Part shown: piece by piece, positions 23,313-35,661 of the stretch | Layout: each line of letters opens with the position of its first letter | How positions within the stretch are numbered: position 1 is the stretch's first letter | Assembly (NCBI GenBank): GCA_030390025.1 | Contig: CM059431.1 | Span: 111,602,001-111,666,000 of the forward strand | Reading direction: 5' to 3' | Origin: Squalus acanthias | Lineage: Eukaryota | Length of the DNA stretch: 64,000 nucleotides | Made by a program: the position numbers and the translations under genes | The notes under the pieces: generated by a model | Database searches by the model: none | What the model was told of the DNA's origin: nothing | Seen by the model: the letters and a program-made list of their open reading frames with translations, nothing else

Positions 23313-23839
23313 GTGAAGTCACAAGCATGGCAAGCTATAGCATATTCTTTGCAACACTGCAGGGCAGTGAAACATGCTATGATTTATTGCTTACTTTTGT
23401 TTTTTTTTAATTGGTGTTGTTTCACATTCCCAGACACTTCTCAGCCAGCAAATAAATCGCCCCCCCCCCCCCCCCTTTCACACAAAAAGATCGGTGCTCG
23501 ACTTTGGCTGCTGATTGTGTTTATACATTTTTGGGTAGCACATTAGACTTCTCGGCTTTTAAAGCAAAGATTCTTATCTCCTCACACTGGTCCATGCATG
23601 CAGCTCGTGCACAGGAAGAGTGGATTTCAGGAGGGAGCTGAACTGCCAGAGGCACTTTCAGTGCTAAATTGTGGACTGAAGTGTGTACATTCATTTGGCT
23701 TTAGTAGGGTAGGCTTTCCAGTCGGGCAGGCTCGATTTTCAGACATCGGAACATTGGGTGGAAACCCATTTCGCCAGGTAGCCAGCCATTGTGCCAATTT
23801 ACCAAGAAGAATTTTAACTGGTGCAGGAAGCACTCGCTA

Positions 23840-24275
23840 GGTGTCAGCTGTGGCTCAGTGGGCAGCACTCTCGCTTCTGAGTCAGAAGGTTGTGGGTTCA
23901 TAGTCCCACTCCAGAGACTCGAGCACAAAATCCAGGCTGACACTCCCAGTGCAGTGCTGAGGGAGTGCTGCACTGTTGGACGTGCCGCCTTTCGGATGAG
24001 ACGTTAAACCGAGGCCCCGTCTGCTCTCTCAGGTGGACGTGAAAGATCCCATGGCACTATTTCGAAGAAGAGCAGGGGAGTTCTCCTCGGTGCCCTGCCC
24101 AAAATGTATCCCTTGACCAACATCACTAAAACAGATTGCTATTTGTGGGACCTTGCTGTGCGCAGATTGGCTACATTAGATAAGTCACCACACTTCAAAA
24201 ATACTTCATTGGCTGTAAACGCTTTGCAACATCCTGAGGTCATGAAAAGCGCTCTATAAATGCAAGTCTTTTTTC
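23840..24275 (+). mobile_element. SacSINE1/DeuSINE-type SINE
   Basis: Full head gtgtcagctgtggctcagtgg through tail ataaatgcaagtcttt. Confidence 0.82.
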
Positions 24276-24532
24276 CCCCCATCTCAGAACTGCTGCTTTT
24301 CAGATGCTGGCAGCTCACAGTGAGTACAGGTGAGCAGCCTAAACACCACACCGAGATTATACAATCAAGTTGCTCTGTACAACTTGAGGACTGAGTTACT
24401 TAATGACTGAACACTGGATCAGCCTCCAGCAAAGTAAAGGATGTTGATTCCCGTTCTTTCAGCGCGTGCATTTGCTGAATGATCAGGGCCTCATTCAATT
24501 GAAACCTTGTACGTTACTTTAGTTTCTTTATT

Positions 24533-24980
24533 GAAAGAAAGACTTGCATTTATATAGCGCCTTTCACGACCTCAGGACATCCTAAAGCGTTTTACAGCCT
24601 ATGAAGTACTTTTGAAGTGTAGTCACTGTTGTAATGTCGGAAACACAGCAGCCAATTGCGCACAGCAAGCTCCCACAAACAGCAAGGTGATAATGAGCAG
24701 ATAATCTGTTTTTGTTATGCTGATTGAGGCATAAATATTGGCCAGGACACCGGGGATAACTCCCCTGCTGTTCTTCGAAATATTGTCATGGGATCTTTTT
24801 ACAACCACCTGAGAGAGCAGACAGAGCCTGGGTTTAATGTCTCATCTAAAAGACAGACAGTGCAGCACTCCCTCAGAGTGTCAGCCTCAATTTTTGTGCC
24901 AAAGTCTCTGGAGTGGGACTTGAACCCACAACCTTCTGACTCAGAAGCGAGAGTGCTACCCACTGAGCCACAGCTGACAC
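24533..24980 (-). mobile_element. SacSINE1/DeuSINE-type SINE
   Basis: Inverted copy ~260 bp from the previous one. Confidence 0.82.
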
Positions 24981-25455
24981 ATTGCTTCATATAGTGCCAA
25001 ATTCTGCACTCAGCAGAACATTTCTTTCTTTTTTATTTGTTCCTAATTGCCCTTGAGAAGGTGGTGGTGAGCCGCCTTCTTGAACCGCTGCAGTCCATGC
25101 GATGAAGGTACTCCCGTATGTTCGAGCACAGTTAATATTACTCCTCAGTTTATAGAATATGAACGATTTTGATTTACTATCAGTGATGCAGGTCCAGTGG
25201 ATATTGGCAAAATGATAAACTAGAACACTTTGCATTGTATTAACATCGCAGTTTACTACTCCAAGTCTTTGTTAGGAAGCTGGAAGAGATTTAATGCTGC
25301 CCATTCACACATGCCACTGTCTCATTATTCATTCGCCCAGTTTAGGGGGGGCCTACACATTACACTTGCACTGCCTGTTGCGTCCTCACATTCCTGTGTT
25401 CTCCATCTGTCCTTCAACCTCTGTAGTTTTCATGGTCAATCATCCCAGAAACATA

Positions 25456-26093
25456 GGGCTGGATTTTGAATGACCCATGGAGTCGGGTTTGGAGGCGTGT
25501 GGGGGGTTAAATTTGCGGGGTCGGGGTTTCCGACCCCATCCCAACTCCATGCAATTTTGACACAATCAGTCGCGGGGTTCCCGACTCTCTCCCGACTGCA
25601 AGAGGCGGGAGAGGCCATTAAAGCACTTAACAAGCTCTAAATTGGCTCTGTAATGCCATTTTGAAACGCTGTAGTTAGTTTAACCCTCTTCTGACGTGAA
25701 GCACGCCTGATGTGAAACACTCCAGTGAAACCTGGCAGGAACACAAGTGGATAGCTGACTATCGGCTGCAGGTCCACTATTACAACGGAGATGTCTCTCT
25801 CTCTCTCTCTCTCTCTCCCCCCCCCATTTTTGCATCCAGGTCCACTCACATCAAAAGCCAGGCAGGTCCTCTCTCACCAACAGTCTCTGAGACTAGGCAG
25901 TCAGCAATGATGACATCATCAGAGGCAACTTTCAGACTGAAACACTAATTAGTTCATGGGTTCCCACATGCTCCAACTCAATTGCCCAATTAAGTGAAAA
26001 TTGCATCAGGCATCCACATTAATCTGGAGTCGGGGGGAAACACGAAATGCGGATTACACGACCCCAACCCGACCCCAAGACAAAATCCAGCCC
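25456..26093 (+). mobile_element. Harbinger-type MITE family A (related subfamily)
   Basis: TIR gggctggattttg/caaaatccagccc, TSD ATA. Confidence 0.8.
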
Positions 26094-26169
26094 ATAGACT
26101 GCTGAATCTGATCTCCCTCTTTATGTGCACCAGTGTGTGTTAAAAGAAACTTTCCTTCGCCATCAAATC

Positions 26170-26710
26170 ACGCCATGGCCTCGCCCCTCCTTCTCTCTAT
26201 CACCTCCTCCAGCCCTACAACCCTCCGAGAACTCTGCATTCCTCCAACTCCGGCCTCTTGTACATCCCCGAGTTCCTCCACCCACCATTGGCTGCTGTGC
26301 CCTCAGCTGTCTAGGTCCTAAGCAATGGAATTCCCTCCCTAAACCTCTCCGCCTCTCCACCAATGTTCCCTCTAATTTTTTTTTCATGTGCGGTCCCTTT
26401 AACTGGCTGCGTGGCCCATTCAAATTTTCATGCACGTGCAGTTTCCTCCATGTAAAAGCCAGTGAGCGGCCTGCGCGGGATCGCCAAACCACTGCGTGGC
26501 CGCGCAGTTTAGCGAGAACGTTGCTCTCTACCTCTCCCTTCTCCTTTAAGAGGCTTCTTAACACCTACCTCTTTGACCAAGCTTTTGGTCACTTGTCCTA
26601 ATATCTCCTTATATGGCTCGGTGTCAAATTCTGTCTGATAACGCTTCTGTGAAGCACCTTGGGACGTTTTACTATGGTAAAGGCGCGATATTTAAACGCA
26701 AGTTGTTGTT
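26170..26710 (+). mobile_element. L2 3' fragment interrupted by a hAT MITE
   Basis: ccatggcctcgcccctcc...tttgaccaagcttttggtcac...gttgtt tail. Confidence 0.8.
26361..26523. mobile_element. hAT-type MITE (163 bp)
   Basis: TIR caatgttccctcta/tagcgagaacgttg; 8-bp TSD ctctccac/ctctctac. Confidence 0.8.
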
Positions 26711-27984
26711 TGTGATGTCATAGTTATGTGGACAGTCTGGGGCCAGGCTGCGTTTAATTTTTTTTTTTAACCCAGCGAAATACACTGAAGAAGCAAAGCA
26801 GGGAGCCTGTATCTATTTCCGTTGGCATTGCTGCATTCTTCACATCCTAATCAGCTAAAGTTTGCATTCCTGATCACTATTAAGTAACCCCTGTTAGTAC
26901 ATGTGCATATGTGGATGCCGGGTGAGGACAGGAGCAAGATCAGCTGTGACGTCTTCATCGCCACCCAACAGTCTACTGTCACTCACCATGGTGTGCCACT
27001 TGGGCAAGGTATCAGAGGGCTGCTGGCACCTCAGGAACCATATCCTAGCATGAGTTACTACTTTCAGGAGAGATGGGGAGAAAACCAGAGACAGAATATT
27101 GACTTGAATATTAAGGGAATCAAGGGATATGGGGATAGTGCAGGAAAGCAGAGATGAGGTAGATGATCAGCCATGATCTTCTTGAATGGCAGAGCAGACT
27201 CGAAGGGCCAAATGGCCCACTCCTGCTCCTATTTCTTATGTTCTTAGAACAAAACCTCAATTGGTTATTTCACTATTATCCTGTCATATGAACACCACAG
27301 TCATTCAAAGCCAGTATCCTAATGCATTGATGCAACTGTTTGATATGTTTGCGATTTCACAGGCCACCTACTGAATTCAATAGATCTGTCCCCAAAACAC
27401 CACCATATACTGTAGTCAAGCAGTGCACGCTATATAATTCGCTGTACAAACAAAACCTGGTACTACCACGGGTACGTCATCATACCTCCAGATCTTGCTT
27501 CAAAAGTTAATAACCTCAGCTCTCCCATTATAAAACCTACTAAACCATCAGCTCCTACTGAGCAAAACAAAAGCAAAAGACCACGTTGGTTAAGTATGAG
27601 ATTTGTAAACAACATTTGGAATCTATTTCAGATAGTAATCTAATCTTGGGATTTAGGCGAGGAAGATAAGCATCTCGAGATTCATTCTCGTGATCTGTGT
27701 CACTGCTTGAACATTTTGATGGGAGTATAAGGAGAAGTACCCGACGCCCTCCAACAGTGGATTTGCAATAAATTTTGGCCATTTGCCGCTTTTGTTAGAA
27801 CTTACATGGTGCAAAGCCACACCTAGCACCACAACACAAGAGAATACATTTTCCTCACAGTGCAATTTACTACGTTAAACAAAAGGGCTTTGTCTGTCAG
27901 TATGTTACAGGCTAGCCTCAGGCTTCTAAAAGGCACCTAATTTACATAACACACCCAGAGCACTGAGATGTGCAGTGACTGTAA

Positions 27985-28655
27985 AACAACAACTTGTATT
28001 TATATAGCGTCTTTAACGTAGTAAAACGTCCCACGGCGCTTCACAGGAGTATTAAAAGACAAAAAATTTGACACCGACCCACATAAGGAGAAATTAGGGC
28101 AGATGACCAAAAGCTTGGTCGAAGAGGTAGGTTTGAAGAAGCATCTTAAAAGGAGGAGAGAGGTAGAGAGGCAGAGAGGTTTAGGCAGGGAATTCCAGAG
28201 CTTAGAGCCTAGGCAACTGAAGGCACAGCCACCAATGGTTGAGCGATTATAATCAGGGATGATCAAGAGGGCAGAATTAGAGGAGCGCAGATATCTTGGG
28301 GGGTTGTGGGGCTGAAGGAGATTACAGAGATAGGGAGGGGCGAGGCCATGGAGGGATTTGAAAACAAGGATGAGAATTTTGAAATCGAGGTGCTGCTTAA
28401 CCGGGAGCCAGTGTAGGTCAGCGAGCACAGGAGATGGGCGAACGGGACTTGGTGCGAGTTAGGACACGGGCAGCAGAGTTTTGGATGACCTCAAGTTTAC
28501 GTAGGGTAGGACATGGGAGGCCAGCCAGGAGTGCGTTGGAATAGTCAAGTCTACAGGTAACAAAGGCATGGATGAGGGTTTCAGCAGCGGATGAGTTGAG
28601 GCAGGGACGGAGACGGGCAATGTTACGGAGGTGGAAATAGGCGGTCTTAGTTATG
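27985..28655 (-). mobile_element. L2 3' fragment
   Basis: IHAFVTCRLDYSNALL, LHWLPVKQHLDFKIL. Confidence 0.88.
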
Positions 28656-29324
28656 TCGTGGATACATGCTTTACAATATTCTGTCAAAGTGCGTTACAGT
28701 ATTCTAGACTTTTACTCAGTCTGCAGTGCAGAGCGGATTGTGTAGCTCGCCTCCAACACCTGAACTCACCTGTCAGGAAGAGGGAAATTATGGCTGGGTT
28801 AAAATGCTGTTGTTGTCTGCCATCATTTCCCATAGGAGGCGCTGTGATCAGTCTTAGACTGACTGTCTCAGTCTTATCAGCAGAGAATTAAACATTGGCA
28901 AATCTGTACGTAAACACTGTATGCAAAAATAAAAATGAATTTAAAAAGTGCCAAATTGTAGAAAATCCTTCAATAAACATAAGCAGGAGATAAGGTTGGA
29001 TAACACTGATCTTTGGGGATACTGTTAATCTCAGAGTACAGCCATTGCACAGATAGTGCCGGGATATTGTTTCGGTTCTTGCCTCACTTGAGGGTTTACA
29101 GCAGGAATTCTCCATTTTCACACGAGATTTACAATTTCAGCCTTTTTTCACTAGCTGTTGGATCTTGCAAAAGACTTCTGCATGCTTGCTTCAGTTCCAG
29201 TTCTGCAGACACACTCCCAAGCCACTGATTTCCCCTTAAAACTTGAGTATCTTGCCTCCATTCTTAATCAACCTCCATCAAATCTGCCCATCTCCCTACT
29301 GACGCCTAACTCCCAAATCTTGAC

Positions 29325-30255
29325 CAAAAGCAAAATACTGCAGGATGCTGGAAATCTGAAATATAAACAGAAACTGCTGGAAACACTCAGCGGGTCAGGC
29401 AGCATCTGTGGAGAGAGAAACAAAGTTAACGTTTCAGGTCAATGACCTTTCGTCAGAACTGGAAAAAGTTAGAGATGTAACAGGTTTTAAGCAAGTGCGG
29501 GGGCAGGGAAAGGAGGGCGGGGAGGAAAGAACAAAAGGGAAGGTCTGTGAAAGGGTGGAAGGCAGGAGAGATTAAATGACAAAAGGGATGAAGGGACACG
29601 GCAAAATGGGATGGCATTGGGACAAGTAAAGAAACAAAAGATGGGTCCAGAGGAGATGTAAATGGTTACAGCAGAACCGTCACCAGCATCTACTGTCGAA
29701 AAAATGAGGGCAGTGGTTATGATCTGAAATTGTTGAACTCGATGTTGAGTCCAGCAGGTTGCCTAATCAAAAGATGAGGTGCTGTTCCTCAAGCTTCCAT
29801 TGAGCTTCATTGGAACAGTGTAGGTGGCTGTGGAAAGGGGCAGAGAATTAAAATGACAAGCAACCGGCTTGCAGACTGAACGTTGGTGTTCTGCAAAGCG
29901 GTCACCCAATCTGCATTTGCTCTGCCCAGTGTAGAGGAGACCGCGCCGTGAGCAGCGAACACAGTGTACTAAATTGAAAGAAGTACAAGTAAATCGCTGT
30001 TTCACCTGGAAGGAGTGCTTGGGGCCCTGGACGAGGTGAAAGGGCAGGTGTTGCATTTCCTGCGCTTGTACGGGAAGGTGTCATGGGTAGCAGAGCGAAT
30101 ATTGGGGGTATTGAAGAGTGGACCAGGGTGTCGTGGACGGAATGGTCCCTTTGGAATTGCTTTGCACCATTACCCATCTGAGATTTAATTACTCCTGCCT
30201 CCTACCCTATCACAGACCTTTCCTTTTGTTCTTCCACCCCCCGCTCCCTGCCCAC
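29325..30255 (-). mobile_element. Second Penelope-like family: decayed GIY-YIG end plus pLTR, with a short inverted arm at ~30180-30252
   Basis: FTCTSFNLVHCVRCSRRGLLYTGQSKCRLGDRFAEH (degenerate GIY-YIG); hammerhead at 29424-29460; 30180-30252 is an inverted copy of ~29500-29578. Confidence 0.8.
29424..29460 (-). ncRNA. Minimal hammerhead ribozyme motif, family 2
   Basis: AGUU-CUGACGA-A-AGGUC(AUU)GACCU-GAAACGUU-AACU. Confidence 0.8.
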
Positions 30256-30389
30256 CATTTTCCTTTTCCCACCAGTCTTGCTTTCAGTCATGTTGCTGCT
30301 GAACCCACCCACCTTGTCACCAGTGTCAGAAAATCCATTCCCTTCAAATTTGACCAGGATGGAATTCTTCCCAGGTTACGGATGGACGA

Positions 30390-30830
30390 ACTTAGCCTTG
30401 GAGTTAAACTCGGGCTTAAGGGTAGATTTCGAGTTCGAGTTTGTGTTATGATGAGGGTTAGGTTTAGGATAGGGGTTAGGGTTAGGGTTAGTGTTGGGTT
30501 TAGGTGTGGGATTATTGTTCGGTTTAGGTTTAGAGGTTTGTTTAAGGTTGGAGTTGGGTTTAGGGGTTAGTTTTAGGATTACGTTAGGTTAAAGATCATA
30601 GTTGCAGTCGAGTTTAGGGTTAGGATTGGGCTAACGTTAGGGTTACAGTTGGCCTTCAGGGTAGATTTAAGTTTTGGGTTATTGTCATATTCAGGGTTAG
30701 GGTTTGAGTTGGGTTTAGGGTTAGAGTTGAAATTAGAGTTCGCACTGAGTTTCAGGTTAGGGTTCTGTTTAGGGTCAGAGTCAGGGCTAGGTTTGTGTTC
30801 AGAATTAGGGTTGGGTTTAAGGTTACGGTG
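30390..30830 (+). repeat. Degenerate (TTAGGG)n telomere-like tract
   Basis: Hexamer periodicity with exact gggttagggttagggttag core near 30473-30491 and many variants. Confidence 0.8.
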
Positions 30831-31360
30831 AAATTGTTTCTGGGGATAATTTTATTTTGCAGAAGGGAATTGTTTGTTTCAAAGAGCGTGCCCAGGTACC
30901 AAATGAGGCTGGTGGGGGCAAAGGACAGATCTGCCAAAATATTTCGTGCCGTGTGTTAATGTCAGGATTTTGTTGATTTGAACAGATTCTTTTTGGAAAA
31001 AAAAGCTATTATAACATGTAATTTACTGAAAGAAATATACTAAATTGCTCATTTATCTCATTATCTCAGTCTGACCAAGCAAATATGAAATCCTAACGGT
31101 AGAAATCCTAATGGTGGGGTCAAAGGTTGTGAGCAGGGTTATGTGGTGCAGGAAAAAGATCAAAGGTTACACAAGCTAGCATTGTGGTGGGGGCGGGGTG
31201 TGGGCAAGTGCCCTTTCATAACAAATTCCCCCCCCGACCCCCACCCCCCGATTACCGATTCCAACACGGCGGGGCAGATTTTCCACTCTTTTGAAACTGA
31301 AAACACAAGCGATCTGGTTTGGGACGTACGACCATCCCCACACGATTTTACTTCACGGAC

Positions 31361-31775
31361 TCATAAGAACATAAGAAGTAGGAGCAGGAGTGGGCCATAT
31401 GGCCCCTCGGGCCTGCTCCGCCATTCAATAGGATCATGGCTGATCCGAACCTAGACTCACGTCCACTTCCCTGCCCGCTCCCCATAACCCTTAATTCCCT
31501 TATCAGCTAGGAAACTGTCTATCTCCGTTTTAAATTTATTTAATGTCGCTGCTTCCACAGCTCTCTGAGGTAGCAAATTCTATAGATTTACTACCCTCTG
31601 AGTGAAGAAGTATCTCCTCATCTCAGTTTTGAAACGGCAGCCCCTTATTCTAAGATTATGCTCCCTAGTTCTAGTCTCACCCATCAGTGGAAACATCCTC
31701 CCCGCCTCCACCCGATCAAGCCCTCTCACAATCTTATATGTTTCGATAAGATCGCCTCTCATTCTTCTGTATTCA
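31361..31775 (-). mobile_element. CR1 3' end
   Basis: RRMRGDLIETYKI...FFTQRVVNL; (cataagaa)n tail. Confidence 0.85.
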
Positions 31776-33064
31776 TCCAGGTGATTATCTACACCCAAGC
31801 ACAAAAGAGGAAATTCTGTCTTGATATTCAGTAAGTGTATTTATCAGAATAGCGCAGGCACACAGAAGGCCCAGCATTTACTAGTAAATGCATTTGATTT
31901 TACTGAGCTTGCGCGCTCCATTTATTGAGCGTAATACTGTTATAGAAAGCACTATCTGGCTCTTCTGAAAGCCCAATGTCAAATGGAAACCACATTATCT
32001 CAGCTCACTATCACTTACACTCTGCCTCAATGCCATTATTCACAAGGCTTCGTTTCTTTCCTCATGTGACTAGCAGAGATGGCTATAAAAGTGCCTTCAA
32101 TTTCAACTTCTACCCAGCAAATCTTAGTCTAGACAGTCCAGGTTTTGAGTGAACTGTCCAGATTTCTTTTTTTTTTAATTTTAAATGTAAACCAGACCCC
32201 ATAAGTCTGACTTTCTCTTGAAACAGAAATCGGTGGGGTAAAAATTGGTATGTGTTGCGCTAATTTTCCGGGTGCAACGATGACAGACTTAACAGCGGGA
32301 GGGCCTGTTTCAAATCTGCTTGCACGTTTGGGTCACAGCTGAATTTGTCACGCCTGTTTTAGCGCCTAAGACGGCCCTTGAAATATGTTAATGAGGGGCC
32401 TAACTCTTGTTTAAGGACCCCTCTGTGAAATTGGTCTCTGATGAGTGGAAGCCTTCTGCAGAATTCACAAAGTCACTGTGGGAGTACCTTCACCACACGG
32501 ACTGCAGCGGTTCAAGAAGGCGGCTCATCACCACCTTCTCAAGGGCAATTAGGGATGGGCAATAAATGCTGGCCTTGCCAGCGACGCCCACATCCCGCGA
32601 ATGAATTTAAAAAAAATTCAGGTCAGCCTTGGGCCTAGTGGTTCAGGCGCACGTTATGGCCTTATCGTTTCCTTTGCGTCCAAATTACCTACTTTACCCA
32701 GAGAGTGGTTAGAGTTGGAACTTGCTACCACATGGAGTAGTTGAAGCAAATAGCAAAGATGCATTTAAGGGGAAGCTGGATAAATACTTGAGGGTGAAAG
32801 GAATAGAAGGATCTGTTAATAGGGTTAGATAAAGTAAGGTGGGAGGAGGCTCAGGTGGAGCATAAACCCCGGCATAGACCTGTTGGACCGAATGGACTGT
32901 ATGTGTGCTTTAAATTCTATGTGAATTACTACCCCTATGTGTCTTATGATGTGGGAGATGTTACTAATGGTTCTGAGTGAATTTTTCTCGCCAGCAAAAC
33001 AAACATCAGGACTCAAGCCATGATAGCCTCCCATTCCCTCTCCCCGACTAGTTTTAGATACGCT

Positions 33065-33367
33065 TAACAACAACAACAACAACTTGCATTTATATAGCAC
33101 CTTTCGCCTCGTAAAACGTCCCAAGGCGCTTCTCAGGAGCGTTATCAAACAAAATTTGACACTGAGCCACATAAGGAGATATTAGGGCAGATGACCAGAA
33201 GCTTGGACAAAGAGGTTGGTTTAAGGAGCGTCTTAAAAGGAGGAGAGGTAGAGAGGCAGAGAGGTTTAGGGAGGGACTTTCCAGAGCTTGGGGCCTAGGC
33301 AGCTGAAGGCACGGCCGTCAATGGTGGAGCGATTAAAATCGGGGATGCCCAAGAGGCCAGAATTGGA
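33065..33367 (-). mobile_element. L2 3' end
   Basis: (caa)n tail and L2 3' UTR shared with other copies. Confidence 0.8.
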
Positions 33368-33678
33368 CAAACATTGGCAAATCTATCATTCTTAGTCAGT
33401 CAGATAAGAAAGGTGAGGTTTTTGTTTCTAATCTATATTCTAATTTCTAATTTTTTGTATAAAAATTCGATCCTTCTATCAAAGAGCAGCTTATCATGAA
33501 CACTGGTGGTTGCCGAGCTCTCATGTATCAGTGCAATTTCCATCATAAACAGGTATTAAAATTCAACCCTGGGAAATGAGGTCATGCCTGTAGCTGCAGA
33601 GAGGCAGATCATATTACGCATTGGTTGAATAAAACTTCGACATTTTGTTTCAGTTAGAAGCATTTTGTAAGAGATATG

Positions 33679-34569
33679 GGGGGAGAAATTCAGTATCGCC
33701 CCATTTGGGGCGCAATTATCGGCCGGGCGCAAAGATTAGTGCCTGGCACTAATTATCGCCACCAACTGCAAACTTGACTTTTATCGCCCCTGGAGGTGAT
33801 TGGAGCGCTAAATCAGGCACTTCACACCTGTCTTAAGGCGCAAAGGCCGAGGAGCGAGGCACTACCTCAGAGCGCTGGCGAAGCTCATGTAATGTCAGTC
33901 AGCAATGGAACACACACACAATGGCACGGGCCAGTTCTTAAAGGGGATGGTTAATCTCACTTTCCATCCACATCCTGCTAATTGCAGCCTTGAATCTCGG
34001 CCTGGAGAGACCTGCACGTCAAATCTGCTGGAAAGAACAATGGAGAGTACCAGGCAAAGAGCTCAGAGTGCAGCCCCCACAGTCTCTTCTAAATCGATAC
34101 AAGGAATGGCAAATCAAAATGAACCTGCAAAGTGCTGCTCAGTACCCAAAACTCCTTCACACAACGTTGAAACTCTCCAGAAGTCTCTCTCTCTCTCTCA
34201 GAATGCGTAGTTCAAAAATGGCACCAACAATAAAAGGCAGGAAGTGGTCACCTTTAAATAGCGCTCCCCCTTTCCCTTCATGACTGCAGAACGCTCCACT
34301 CAAACTGTCGTTGCTAGCGTCAGGCGGTAAGGCAGGGGGCGCCACTCAATATCCGCTCCGGGGCGATACTGGGGCGTTGCGCACTCGACTGACATCACGA
34401 TCTGCCGGCGCAGGAGATCGTGGTGGTAGTGTTTAGCGCCACCGCAAAATGTCTAGTTAATTTCGCGAGCGGCGCAAACTTTGCCGCGCCTGGGCGCTAG
34501 ATGCTTTGCGCCCCATTAGCGCCCTATTAAGGCGCTAACGGGAGGCGCAACCAACTGAATTTTTCCCCC
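33679..34569 (+). mobile_element. Harbinger-like MITE family B
   Basis: TIR gggggagaaattcagt/actgaatttttccccc, TSD ATG. Confidence 0.8.
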
Positions 34570-34904
34570 ATGAAGTTCAAACCCGCCCTATTCATGTGAG
34601 TTTAATGGCCTCCCATAATGTTCTAATGACACACAGGGTGCTGCCAGAATCGTCTTTAAATGTTAACTGACGGAATTGGACACTGAACAAAACTTTGGGG
34701 GGTGGGTGAGGAGGGGAAGTCTCCAGGAATTAAAGATTCATCTCCAGGACACTGCTGCGAGGAAACCCAGGAGAAAAATCACAGGGGCAGTAAAAAAAAT
34801 TCTGTTTTTTTCATTTTCTTTCAACATTTTCATTTATTAGTCGTAAAAATATTGGAGATGGGGGGAAAAAAGGCTGTTTGACTGACAGTCAACATTCATC
34901 CAAT

Positions 34905-35357
34905 AAAGAAAGACTTGCGTTTCTATAGCGCCTTTCACAACCTCAGGACGTCCCAAAACGCTTTACAGCCAATGAAGTACTTTTGAAGTGGAGTAATGTG
35001 GGAGGCGCGGCAGCCAATTTGCGCACAGCAAGCTCCCGCAAACAGCAATGTGATAATGACCAAGTCATCTGCTTTTTTTTGTGATGTTGATTGAGGGATA
35101 AATATTGGCCAGGACACCAGGGATAACTCACCTGCTCTTCTTCGAAATAGTGCCATGGGATCTTTTACATCCCCTGGGAGAGCAGACGGGGCCTCGGTTT
35201 AACGTCTCATCCGAAAGACGGCACCTCCAACAGTGCAGCACTCCCTCAGTACTGCCCTGGAGAGTCAACCTCAATTTTTGTGCTCAAGTTCCTGGAGTAG
35301 GACTTGAACCCACAACCTTCTGGCTTGAGAGGTGAGGTGTGCTATCCACTGAGCCAC
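34905..35357 (-). mobile_element. SacSINE1/DeuSINE-type SINE inserted in a hAT-like element
   Basis: Family body and tail on the minus strand; hAT-like sequence on both sides, ending gagttgccaacccta. Confidence 0.8.
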
Positions 35358-35661
35358 TGGCTGGCAATCGGGCATCAAAAGAGTCTGTTTACTTTCCAAT
35401 TGGCCGTGGGAAGGCGGAGCGCCCGGAGGATGGACCAATGGCGGGAGTGTGGGGGCGGGACAGTGCGAGGCGGGAGGTCATGTGATGGAACCTCCAGAAA
35501 TATACCCAACTAGAGTTGCCAACCCTACATGTGACCTACGTATATCATTCTCCTGCGTCTACATTAGTTGGTCCTGCTGCTCTAAGTCAACGCTTACTGG
35601 AGTTCCCCCTTCTTAATAGGAGCCAGAGCTTTGCACATGTCTGCGATTTCCGTGGCTATAC

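Noticed and set aside
23840..23915. tRNA genes at SINE heads
   Set aside because: The A/B-box heads continue directly into SINE bodies, and I see no complete cloverleaf with terminator.
30118..30831. RVRVRV / LGLGLE ORFs
   Set aside because: They are translations of degenerate TTAGGG repeats.
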